Below, one piece after another: positions 49,766 through 62,722 of a stretch of DNA of 64,000 bases (within the stretch, counting starts at the first letter, position 1; each line of letters opens with the position of its first letter). This DNA comes from Haliotis cracherodii. Taxonomy: Eukaryota. Below the pieces are notes generated by a model that made no database searches, was not told the origin of the DNA, and saw nothing but the letters and a program-made list of their open reading frames with translations. Location: assembly GCF_022045235.1 (NCBI RefSeq), contig NW_027266265.1, positions 44,702,001-44,766,000 of the forward strand, written 5' to 3'. The translations under genes were made by a program, and so were the position numbers.

Positions 49766-52700
49766 ACGTTATTGACATTCCTCTGTTTTCCACCCAAGAT
49801 ATCCCATTACAAAGACTCGGTAAGGTGAATGGAAGGCAGTTGTGAAAATGATGGTCTAGCAAGTCATCGTCATGTTGTCTTGGAGAATTTCTGGCCATCG
49901 ACCCTGGGCGAGGTTACCCACCTACATGTGTGATATGACGTTTTTATTCATTGTTTAACACCTTTACTCAGCAATATTCCAGCTATATGATGGCGGTCTG
50001 TAAATAATCGTGGGATTGGCGAGTAATAACACCTTCGTTGTGTGATGGTTTCTTTGTTAATATAGCTTCATCATCGTGAGCAGTTGAGAGTAAAGGAGAA
50101 TCTACTTAGTAAAATCAATGGATTTGATTTATCCTTGACATAAAACGTCGATATGTAATTGTTTCCAGAGGGTAAAATGAGAGTTATGTGCCTTTACCCT
50201 TTTGCCTTTCTTCCAGTTAATTGAAGAAAACTGAATTGTAAGAAGAGTGATATATTCCTTTCAGTCCAATAGCAATTATCCATATTCGTTGAATATGTCC
50301 TCAGTCTCAAATGGGGTTGCCTAAAATAGGTTGTCTGAACTGAATTGTCGAAAGTGGGTTGTCTAAAGTCAGCTGTCTAAATGGGTTGTCCGACTCTGTG
50401 GTGAATGAGTTGTCTAAAATGACTCGTTAAATGGGTTATCCGACTCTGTGCCTGATTGTACATAATCGTACCACGATGGTCTTGAACGTGCTCATGCTTT
50501 CAGTCACTAGTTTTCCTTGTTTATTCAAAGGGAAACATTCTGACTGTAGGGTAAAATAACATATACAGGTGCACCCGAAGAACAAATACTCTATATACCA
50601 TTAACGATAGTCTTACACGTTAGGCATATATGCATCGTGTGCTTGATCTGAAGATCTGAAAGTGATTCTTTGATACTTGAGTCAGCGTCATCTTCTTCAC
50701 TGACCACGCCATTATCTGCCCAGAATAATCCAGGTTCATTCTCGTCTGTCGCGATCAGCCCAAACGGATGTTGCATTCAGGACAAATCAGATCACGATGA
50801 GTTTACCGACCGGTTCTGACAGCAATAGAAAGGCCACTGCCGACTCCCATCCCCACGGGCTGACAAGAGATCCACTTTTGTGAGGGTAGATGAAATTCGA
50901 TGAAGAATATCGTATCTCCTCTCTCGTTAATCTTCGCCTTTCTCAATTGGGTCCGTCGTGATATCCTAATTTGGTGTTAAAGGAGATAATCGAGTAATGA
51001 TATTTCTATCCAGCAACTCACAATTGATGTCGTCTGCTCCCACGAACCTAACCTCAGTTTTCGGGCCAAATCCTTTGGGAAGTGAAGCGATTATTTGAAC
51101 TGTGAATGCTAGTTTCTGAAAGCTCTTGTCCCTGTCAGTCTCATCAGTGGAGCTTCAAGACACCGAAACCGGCCGTGATTAAAGCAGATACAGCTGTATT
51201 GACAGACATGATGGGTAAAGAGCATGAGGGGGACGAATGGTTGCCACTCTGGTCGCCTTCCTCAGCCTATTCTACCGACAGACTTGGCAAGTAGCAGACC
51301 TTTGGTCGGGGGTACACTGCAGATATTGCATAGGTTACAGTAGCGCCACGTTTACAATATCAGAGAACGAGAGCGTACCATATTCCTTAAAAGCTGCTAC
51401 CCATGTACCAAATCCGTAACAAATCGCAGTTGGAAGGTTGGTGTGATGAACGATTTTACCCTGATGTTGACAGCTAACATAGAACGGGGTAAAAACCGTT
51501 GTGAGTGAGTGAGTGGGTTTGAAGGCCGCTCTGAACAGTATTCTCGTTATATCACAGCGTGCAACCTTAATGTTGGAGGAAATCCCGGCGGAGGTCTTAG
51601 ACGTTTACCACTTTCGTTAACCCCACGAGCACGGGTAGGGTGCTGACAAACCTAGAAACATAATCGGGTTGAACCAGGATTCAAACCCACAAACATAGGT
51701 TTCTTGTGTGCACCGCGAATTGCGGCGCTTAAGATGCCTGGGTCACTCTTGCACCGTCAAAACCGCTGGATCTTTTAGAGTTTGATGCCTCTCTGAACGG
51801 TAGTTCAGATATTTAATATGGGGGTAAGTCACGAAGATGTTTATCACACGTCAAAGATCACGCTGATAAATCAAGGGTTATAATCAGGATCCTGGTACAG
51901 ATAAGGGACATTACTATGAACTGCGATGCTTTATACCACTAGGCCACCTTTGTTCCTTTGTGCATTGGGGTAGCCTAGTAGTTAAAACAATAGCTCGTCA
52001 TGCCGGGTTCGATTCACCACATGGGTATATTGTGTGAAGCCAATTTCCGGTGTCCCCCGCCGTGATGTTGCTAGAACACTGCTAAAAGCGGCGTAAAACC
52101 ATATTCGCTCACTCATCTTCTCAACAAATTCGAAAGCAACGAGTGACGTCACTTTTGTCTGACACCAGTGAAGTACACCCGAATACTCCTGACACCAGTG
52201 GAGCAAACGACTCCTACGGAACAGGAAGTGAATTGATGGAGCACTAAAGTTGAAAGTGATGAATGCGACACTCTAACATGACACATATATGAGAGTCAAT
52301 TTCCGTAATAATCATTTGAAAGAATGAATCATGCCACTTTTAAGCACGAGTCCCTGATAAAACACTCATGTCATTGATGCATTCCACTTGTTTAAATCAT
52401 AAACAGAAATTTCAATCTTAACAGATGGGCAAATTTCGAGAGGACACGGCGAACTGTTTTCAGTTTTGGATCGAAAACACACAATTTATTCCAAGTGCTG
52501 TCATGTTGTAATGCCCACTTAATACAGTTAAAAGAAATATGCGCTGGTTTGTACAGCGATCAGAATCTTTTGTTTGTAACGCTTAACAGTGTGATAAGGA
52601 AGAGTGGAACTTATTTTGATTTGCAATATGTTTTGGACAGTTGTCAAGGCAACACACCGGGAGTGGTTGTGCATCACAGCGGTGCTCACAGTGACACTTC

Positions 52701-53685
52701 CTTCCCAGTGAGTAAAGGACAGTTGCCCACACTCCCCCCTGTATTTTTTATGAAAAAAACAGTTTATTTGAATCATGAAAATACAATTTGGGGACAAGTG
52801 ATAATTGTACAAATATTTGCCTCCCTGTCAACAAAAGTTAACTACGACCTTGTGTGAGTAGTAGTCAATACATATTTATACCTTCATTTTGTTTTCATAT
52901 CGTAGTTTATTGGAAATATTTTGGGCAAGTGAAATATGAGTGTATGAGTAAGTGAGTTGTGTTTAACGCCGCTTTTAACAGTATTCCAGTTACATCACGA
53001 CGTGATGGTGCAGCTTAATGGTTGAGGAAAGCCTGATGTGATGCAGGTATCAGACGTTTACCACTTCGTGAAACCCACGAGCATGGGTATGGTGCTGACA
53101 AGCCTAGACACATAATCAGGGCGAACCGGGATTCGAACCCATAATCATAGGTTTCTGTCGTGCCCAAGGGACGCAACTCTGCACAGCGAGTCGCGGCGCG
53201 GCCACCCGTACCCCCAGTAAAATATGAAGAGGGCTTGAACAGTTTTTTGTTAACAAGTCCTGTCCAGTGCACTTCGGACACTTATTCATACACTGCCCCT
53301 AAGTACTCGAGTTATGAACAGATTTATACAAAGGTGTGTTTTCGAAGCCATTGATACTGGGAGTTTTGTGAAAAAAGACTATTATCTGTGATATTGCTGG
53401 AATATTACGAAAACGGCGTAAAACACGACTTACTCACATATTCCAGATGTCCGCGTAAGGTCAAAATGCCTTTATAGCAAATTGTTTTCATTGATCGAAA
53501 ATTGTCCTTGACGCCATACAGAAGGTGGCGAGGTAATTTAACTGCAGCAGATTTGTAGGAATGAGAGCCTGTTGAATAAAGCAACTGACGGTTTAAATAT
53601 TGAACACACATCTGTAGATCAATGAATGGGGACATGCTGCTCGTCTTGATGATGCCGTGGTTGCTGCAGGAATTGTCTTCAATGA

Positions 53686-53771
<86 letters not shown>

Positions 53772-54559
53772 TATATGCGTGCGAGTGATTGAGTGAGTAT
53801 GGCTTTTCGTCCCTTTTAGTTATATTCCAGCAATATCACGGCGGGAACTCCAGTAATGGGTATCACACATGTTACCCATGTTTGGAATCGAACCCGTGTC
53901 TTTGGCGTGACGAGCGAACACTTTAACCACGAGGCTACCCCACGGCTCCTATGCGTGCGAGAGGTCGTATAGGTCAGCCAGATAAGAGTACACCCAAACA
54001 TGCCAATCATATTTGTCTGGAATAGATCTCCAGATTTATTCCTCCATTACACTATAGGAGAAGTGATTGTGGGACCAGCCGCTTTCAGAACATGAAGTGA
54101 GGAATGAGCAGCTGTGATTTGAATATACTTTGTAAAACGTGTATGTTTCTCAAATATTCACCACCATATTACCAAAAGTATGTTTTTGAAATATTTTGTC
54201 CTTATTGTTTTTACATAATAATTTATTCTGATTGTGTCCACATGTGTTTTCACGAAAGTGCCATGTGGTGCAGACCCGCACTTGGTGTGTTTAACTCACT
54301 GCATTCGGAAAAATACGTTTTGACCTCAGTCCGCAATGACACGACGCTAAAGTAGCCGTCCAATCAAATCACACTCATGGTCGAGGGAAACGATGGATGT
54401 TAGTTATAGGAGTGATGGAGGTGGTGACGTCACCCCAAAACGAAGCTATGGTGAATGGATCCGGGGTATTTATTACAACATAATACAGATATATTACACT
54501 AGATAATTGACGAGGATATTTTCCCGTCGTCAGTATATGTCCTCTTGTTATTCGTCAGT

Positions 54560-55180
54560 CGGATGTAAAGCAAGGGACTCACGGTGTTCATATACTGGTT
54601 AGCGGGATGTAAAGCAAGGGACTCACGGTGTTCATATACTGGTTGGCGGGATGTAAAGCAAGGGACTCACGGTGATCATATACTGGTTGGCGGGATGTAA
54701 AGCAAGGGATTGAGGGTGATCATATACTGGTTGGCGGGATGTAAAGCAAGGGACTGAGGGTGATCATATACTGGTTGGCGGGATGTGAAGCAAGGGACTC
54801 ACGGTGATCATATACTGGTTGGTGGGATGTGAAGCAAGGGACTCACGGTAATCATATACTGGTTGGCGGGATGTAAAGCAAGGGACTCACTGTGATCATA
54901 TACTGGTTGGTGGGATGTGAAGCAAGGGACTCAGGGTGATCATATACTGGTTGGCGGGATGTAAAGCAAAGGACTTAGGGTGATCATATACTGGTTGGCG
55001 GGATGTAAAGCCATGGACTTAGGGTGATCATATACTGGTTGGCGGAATGTGAGGCAAGAGACGCACGGTGATCATATACTGGTTGGCGGGATATAAAGCA
55101 AGGGACTCACGGTGATCATATACTGGTTGGAGGGATGTAAAGCAAGGGACTCACGGTAATCATATACTGGTTGGCGGGAT
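54560..55180. repeat. 44-bp minisatellite, ~14 copies
   Basis: Same unit. Confidence 0.95.
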
Positions 55181-58100
55181 GTTTTCAGTGATCCATTCAT
55201 ATAATTGTCCCCGTTATTTAACCTTTTAGGAATCTGTTTCGGCGTATAATCGAGACTGATTATTCTCTGGCGTTGACGTTTCATCTGAAGTATGAAGCGT
55301 TAATACTTGACAGTGACACCAGTATCAACAAAAACACCAAACAATCATTCCTTGTCCATTTGGAATCGTATTGCATATTGCCCTGTTTTTCTTTCTATGC
55401 CTCCATTATGACCACAGATGCAGGTACATTTTAAACCGACCAAACCCAAACCTAACAGGTGAGCTGTAGAATAATGGTGAAACAAAAATTCCTCTAAGAA
55501 TCAACAGAAAGGAAACAAAGTAAAATCACTAATGTTTAATCATTGGTATAACCCACCCCGTTGTAAGTTATTAATAGTTATTGTAAAAAGAATAAAATAT
55601 ACTTGAAATACTCAAAAGATTCAGGGTAAAATCGGTAAACACAAAATGAATGCGTGTTTTAGTCATTACAGTAGCTGAAGAATTTCAGTTTTCAATTTCA
55701 TTTTACCCACCTCGTTTTGTTCTCAATAATAAAGTGTGAACAATAATTTACCCGAGAAACGTTAATATACAGTCACCCATACGTTTTTTGAACATTTATT
55801 TTCCAACTGAGCTATTTAGAATTTGATTAAAAAACATCCATTACGATTACAGAAAATGGATATGATGTCTGTCTGTAAAATAAAAGACGTCATTTTAACC
55901 TATGACAAAAGATTTATTGGCAAACGTTTCTGTTCCAGACCTACACGCACCAATAACATCAAATGTCAAACCTCAGATTTGCTGACATACATAATACATT
56001 CGTTAGTCCTTGGCAACGCTAGTGTACTTTCATCTCATTTAATTATTGTACATTTTCCCCGATGGTTAGATCGTAATGTTATTAAACATAATCGCCATGT
56101 ATCACTATCCTCCATCGATTTTCCAGTGTTTGACATCTCCACTCTATTATGAAAGATCGAGTATGATGCATGATCCCTAAACTTCATCCATTTCTGAAAA
56201 ATCACCACCCGTCAGCTCATTGAGGGAAGAAGCATTAAGTGATGGTGATAAACCACAGGTAATAAATTGGGGCATGTTGACGAGTTGACGGTTATACTTT
56301 ATTTCAAGTCCCTTTAGTCTAAATATAGACTATGTTATTGACATTCCTCTGTTTTCCACCCAACATATCCCATTACAAAGACTCGGAAAGGTGAATGGAA
56401 GGCAGTTTTGAAGATGATGGTCATGCAAGACATCGTTATGTTGTCTTGGAGAATTTCCAGCCTTCGACCCTGGGTGAGGTTACCCACCTACAGGTGTGAT
56501 ATGACGTCATGGGATTGGTGAGTGCAGCTGTTCATCGTGTAAAGTGATCACACCTGCGTTGTGTGATGTTTTCTTTTCTAAATATAGCTTCATCATCGTG
56601 AGCAGTTGAGAGTAAAGGAGAATCTACTGAACAAAATCAATGGATTTGATTATGTCCCTGACATAAACACGTCTATATGTTATTGTTTTCAGAGGGTTAT
56701 ATGAGAGTTATGTGCCTTTACCCTTTTGCCTTTCTTCAAGTTAATTGAAGAAAACTGAATTGTAACAAGAGTGATATATTCCTTTCAGTCCAATTATCCA
56801 TATTCGTTGAATATGTCCACAGTCTCAAATGGGGTTGCCTAAAATAGGTTGTCTGAACTGAATTGTCAAAAGTAGGTTGACTAAAGTCAGCTGTCTAAAT
56901 GGGTTGTCCGACTCTGTGGTGAATGAGTTGTCTAAAATGACTCGTTAAATGGGTTATCCGACTCTGTGCCTGATTGTACGTAATCGTACCACGATGGTTT
57001 TGAACGTGCTCATGCTTTCAGCCACTAGTTTTCCTGTGCAGACTTGTTTATTCAAAGGGAAACATTCTGACTGTAGGGTAGAATAACATTCAGGTGCACC
57101 TGAAGAACAAAAACTCTATATACCATTAACGATAGTCTTACACGTTAGGCATATTTACTTATATAAATTTCGCTCTTACTATATATTTTCTTTGTACCTA
57201 TTCACTAAAACCTCCCCCTGGTGATGCATCATGTGCTTGATCTGAAAGTGATTCTTTGGTGCTTGAGTCAGCGACATCTTCGTCACAGACCACGACATTA
57301 TCTGCCCAGTGAAATCCAGGATCACTCTCGTGTCTCGCGGTCACCCCAAACGGATGTTGCATTCAGGACAAATCAGATCACGATGAGTTTACCGACCTGT
57401 TTTGACAGCAATAGAAAGGCCACTGCCGACTCCCATGCCCACGGGCTGACAAGAGATCCACTTTTGTGAGGGTAAATGAAATTCGATGAAGAATATCGTA
57501 TCTCCTCTCTCGTTAATCTTCGCCATTCTCAATTCGAGCCGTCGTGATATCCTAATTTGGTGTTAAAGGAGATAATCGAGTAATGATATTTCAACCCAGC
57601 AACTCACAATTGATGTTGTCTGCTCCCACGAACGTAACCTCAGTTTTCGCGCCAAATCCTCTGGGAAGTGAAGCGATCATTTGAACTGTGTATGCTAGTT
57701 TCTGAAAGCTCTTGTCTATCTGCAGCTCATCAGTAGAGCTTTAAAACACCGAAACCGGTCTTGATAAGAGCAGATATAGCTGTATTGACAGACATGATGG
57801 GTAAAGAGAGTGAGGGGGACGAATGGTTGTTACTCTGGTCGCCTTCCTCAGCCTAATCTACCGAGAGACTTGACAAGTAGCAGGGGGGGGGGCACTGGAG
57901 ATATTGCCGAAGAGTCAAAGGTTACAGTAGCTGCGCTTTCACATCATCCGAGAACGAGAGCGTACCTTATTCTTTAAAAACTCCTTCTAATAAACCAAAT
58001 CTAGAACAAACTGTAACGTTGGTGCGGTGGACGATTTGGACCCTGGTGTTAATAGCTAACATTGTAGGTTTAGTGAGTGAGTTGAATTAAACGCCGCATT

Positions 58101-58606
58101 GAACAGTTTTCAAGTTAAATGACGGCGTATCACCTTAATGAGGAACAAAAGGCGGCTTAAGGGATGCAGGTCTCACCACTTTGGGGAACACCCCGTGCAC
58201 GGGTATGGTGCTGGCAAACCAAGAAACATTACCGAGACAAACCAGGATCCGAACACACGATAATGGCCATGGGTCATGGTCTGATCTGCACAGCAAAATG
58301 CGGCGTCTTTGACGACTGGGTCATTCTTGTTTCCTCCAAACCGTTGAATCTGTTTAGTTTGACGCCGCTCTGAGCTGTATTTCAGATAAATAATGTGAGA
58401 TAGGAGTATGATGTTGATCACACATCAAAGATCACAACGAAAGTTCAAGGGCTATAATCAAGATCCTGGTACAGCTAAGGGACGTAACTATGTACATCAA
58501 ACTGCAGTGACTTATACCACTATACCCCCCCCCCCCCCCCCCCCCATGTTTATCTACTCAAAGTCGATAGGTAAATGTGCAATCAAGGGAAGAACTAGTC
58601 AACGTG

Positions 58607-59170
58607 TCTGACAAAAGTGGAACACACTCGAATACTCCTACCCCGTGATGTCAATTAGATCAGTGACCTCCTCCGTGGTCTAGTGGTAGAGCGTCCGCCC
58701 GGAGAGCCGAAGGTCCGGGGCTCCATCCCCGGCCACGTCATACCAAAAGACGTTAAAATATGGTACTTGTTGTTACCCTGTCGGGCGCTCGGCATTAAAG
58801 GGCTAAAACAAGGACTGGTCTGCTCGGAGTGGGGTATTCATGTTAAACTGCGGCATGGTATCTCAGTGTGCTAGCACTATAAATCGGCATCAGTCGACTA
58901 GTACAAGCAGCAACACACACACACGTATATGCACGTCGCTATATAAGTGCAATAATCTTTGACGCGACGTTAAACCCAATTTCACCTCACCAATTAGACC
59001 AGTAGCACCTTAGTATGACATCAGTGAAGAAAAACACGAATATTCCTACCCCGTAATGACATATAGATCGGTGGCACCTTAGTCTGACACCAGTGAAGCA
59101 CAGCCCGAATATTCCTACCCCGTAATGTCAATTAGATCAGTTGCACCTTCGTCTGACACCAGTGGAGCAA
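58607..59170. repeat. ~68-bp tandem repeat (~3.3 copies) interrupted by SINE C
   Basis: TCTGACACCAGTGAAG..CGAATA(T/C)TCCTACCCCGT(A/G)ATG.CA...AGATC.GT.GCACCTT. Confidence 0.8.
58665..58990 (+). mobile_element. SINE family C with ~13-bp TSD
   Basis: CAATTAGA(T/C)CAGT at 58652-58664 and 58991-59003. Confidence 0.9.
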
Positions 59171-62100
59171 ACGACTCCTACGGAACAGGAAGTGACTTGA
59201 TGGAGCACTAAACTTGAAAGTGAAATGGGGCACTCCAAAATGTCACACATATGAGAGCCAATTTCCGTAATAATCATTTAAAACAATGAATGTCTTTCAC
59301 GTCATTTTTAAGCACGAGGAACTGATAATACTGGCTCAAGTAATGCATTGAACTTGTTTGAACCTAAAAGGAGAATTTCAATCCCAACCGATATGTTAAA
59401 TTGGAGAGGACACAGCGATCTGTTTTCATTCTTGGATCGAAAACACAGTTTTGTCATGTTGTAAGGTCCACTTGATGCATATTAAAGAGAAATACGCCGT
59501 TTTGTACAGTGAAAAGGAAATTTGTTTGTAGCAAAGCTTAACAGTGTGTTAAACATGAGTGGAATGTATTTGGTTTTGCATTATCGTTTTGGACAGCTGT
59601 CAAGGCAACACACACACATCATTGTTATCTTTGTATTGTCTATATTTAAATGATAATGAGAATTAAGTCAGTCAGATTGACCATTTGATATATTCAGCAT
59701 GCAGAAGGTCGTAAATCAGTATTGCAGCTTCACGGCCATAGAATCGACCAAAGACGACATCCATCTTTATTGGAAACCAATTAGTTGTGCATAAGGTTAA
59801 GAAACAAGATCTGCTTCCATTGGAACAGAAGGGCACGGACTGATTGTGTTTACTGTTCATTCACCAGCATGTCTTCCTTAACGTTGGGTTGTACCATCTT
59901 CGTTTATCCAGTTTATTATGTCTCAATGTTATTGCGATAAATACGCTTGACCCATCTGCCGCGGTAGCTTCGCTTTGACCCCAGTTCGTAATGACAAGAG
60001 CAAAGAAAAAATGGGGATGTTGGTCATAGGAGTGATGCTGATGGTAACGTCCCTTCTTAACCGAAGCTATGGTGGTGAATGGTTCCAGGGTATTTATCGA
60101 ATAGAATAAAGATATAATACACTCGATAAAGGAAGATAGTATTTTACCGTGGGCAGTTCATGTCCCGTGCTATTGGTCGGTCGGATGTAAAGCAAGGGAC
60201 GCGCTGTGATCATGTCCATGATGAATTGTGTTGACCAATAAAAGTGTCGCCATTGTGGTACGTGATGACCCACCAATACCAGTAATTGTGATATACAGCG
60301 TTGCAACTCTGCTTATCGTAGCCAATGGTGATATAGAAATAAACGTCAACATATTTTCATGTTTGATGATTTCCTTATTGACAGAATGATTTTTCTCTCC
60401 ATTTTCTGGTGCCAGATAAGATCAAGCGACCCATGTATGTTTACTGGAGACCTGCACGCTAGGAAATGTCAACCCGGCTTCAAGGTTGCACATCGCTCTG
60501 TTGGCGGTGACCGTATCAGTGGAGATCTTCTTGGGATAACGAGGAGGGGCGTGGTCTCAGTTTTCACCCATACAGGAAACATGTATAACAGGGAGGGAAA
60601 GTCGAAACTAAGATATAAATAGAGACAGACGATTTTTCAATGACATCGAACAAGAATTATTGATTTGTGAAAAAAACAAACCTGAATCAAACTGAAACGT
60701 TGATTGTGCCTCGTCAGAGTCGTATGTGATAAAAGGCATTTAACTCGTTAGTTCCGTCTGTCAATACGTGTAGATACTTGTGTCTTTAGACATTTTAAAC
60801 ATATATTGATTAAGGCAGAGTAAAATAAAAATGAGAAAAATCAACACAATAGCCCAAATGTCCGATAAGTGTTTAGGTAAAAATGAGGCGATCACCATTT
60901 TAAAGGCAATCCTCACAAACTGAATGAGTGTTTTAGTCAGAACTTAAGCTGAGGAAGTTCACTTTTAAATTTCACTTTACCTCCCTTGTTACTTTTGTTT
61001 TCAAAAACAAAGTCAGCGTGGGCACAACTAAACACGTGAAACGTTTATTTACAGCCTTAAATAGATGGATTCTTTTGCTATACATTTTCCACCTGGGCCA
61101 TATAGAATTATATTCAGAAACATCCATTACGATTACAAAACACAGATCTGTTGTCTGACTGAAAAATTAAAACACACTATTGCAGTCTATGACAAAAGAC
61201 GCATCAATTGATAAAGGCTTCTGTTCCAGACCTACAAGCACCGATAACATCAAATGTCAAACATCAGATTGCTGGCATGCGCGACGCATCCGTTAGTCTT
61301 TCTTTCATCTCTATTCATGATTGTAGATTTTCCCGATGGCAAGATCATGGTGTTATTAAACATTATTTATCCTGTTATCCATGGCCATGTATTACCATCC
61401 TCGATTATCCTGTGACTGGCTTCTTCAGTCTGTGATGAAAGACCTGACACATCGAGGATGATACATTATCATCTCCCCATTCCCCGGAAACCCTCACGCA
61501 TTTCACATGCATTACCACGTCAGCTTATTGTGGGAAAACAAATATGAGTGATGCATAGACAGTTACAACTTTGACGAAACGTACAGGCATTGGCATGGTC
61601 CTGACAAACCACAGGTAGTAGAATGGGCAAATATGGAATTCGAACTTAAAACAATTGTCATTGTATGGGACGAAACCGAGACCTAGCGACGTTAGAAAGC
61701 GCTTGGCCAGTCGGGTCCCATCCAGCTGGAATGAGTGTTGACAATCAGTCGACGGTTATACTACATTCCAAGCCCATTCTATATTATGGAAATAGACTAT
61801 ATTATTGACGTTGCTCTGTTTTCCACCCAACATATCCAATTACAAGACTCGGTAAGGTGAATGGAAGGCAGTTTTGAAGATGATGGTCATGCAAGTCATC
61901 GTCATGTTGTCTTGGAGAATTTCTGGCCATCGACCCTGGGCGAGATTACCCACCTGCAGGTGTGATATGACGTCATTAGATTGGCGAGAGCAGCTGTTCG
62001 TCGAGTGAACACCTTCGTTTTCACCACTGAGTGATGTGTTTTTTGTTGGTATTAATAGCTTCATCATCGTCGGAAGTTGAGAGTACAGGAGAATCTACTG

Positions 62101-62624
62101 AAGAAAATCAATGGATTTGATTATATACCTGACATAAAACGTCTACATAAAATTGTTTTCAGAGGGTTATATGAAAGTTATGTGCCTTTACCCTTTTGCT
62201 TTTTTTCAAGTAATTTGAAGAAAATTGAATCATTTTAATTGAATAACAAATATCCCAGTTCGGTTTCAGCGTTCAGAACCCCAGTCCCCATACTTGTTGT
62301 AAGAGCCGTCTAAATAGGATGTCTAAAATGATCCGCCTAAATGGGTTGTCTAAAACAAGCCGTCTAAATTGGGTGTCTGAGACTACATTGAGCTGTCTAA
62401 ATGAGCTGTCCGAGTCTGTGCCTGATTGTATGTCAGCGATGTTGTGTCAATGTGTCTGGGAGTGTCAGTGTGACATTTACTTCTGAGTGTTAGTGGTAAG
62501 TAAAGGACTTCCCGACTTTTCTCACGACAAGTTACAGATTACACGATTATTGGGGGTGGTTTAGCCAAGTAATTAATCTTTGGCTCGATAAGCTGAGGAC
62601 TCTTCCTCACTCGCTCTCTTCCTA

Positions 62625-62722
62625 ACTCTCTTCCTCACTCACATGCTTACTCACTCACTCACTCACTCACTCAATCACTCTCTCAATCACTCACTCAATC
62701 ACTCTCTCACTCACTCACTCTG
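62625..62722. repeat. (CACT)n tract, probably an expanded SINE tail
   Basis: Follows a decayed tRNA-like head (gggggtggtttagccaagtaatt) near 62552. Confidence 0.75.

Noticed and set aside
61113-61215. Galaxin/usherin-like YDYKTQICC peptide
   Set aside because: Single short match, not repeated, frame closes quickly and is not kept in other units
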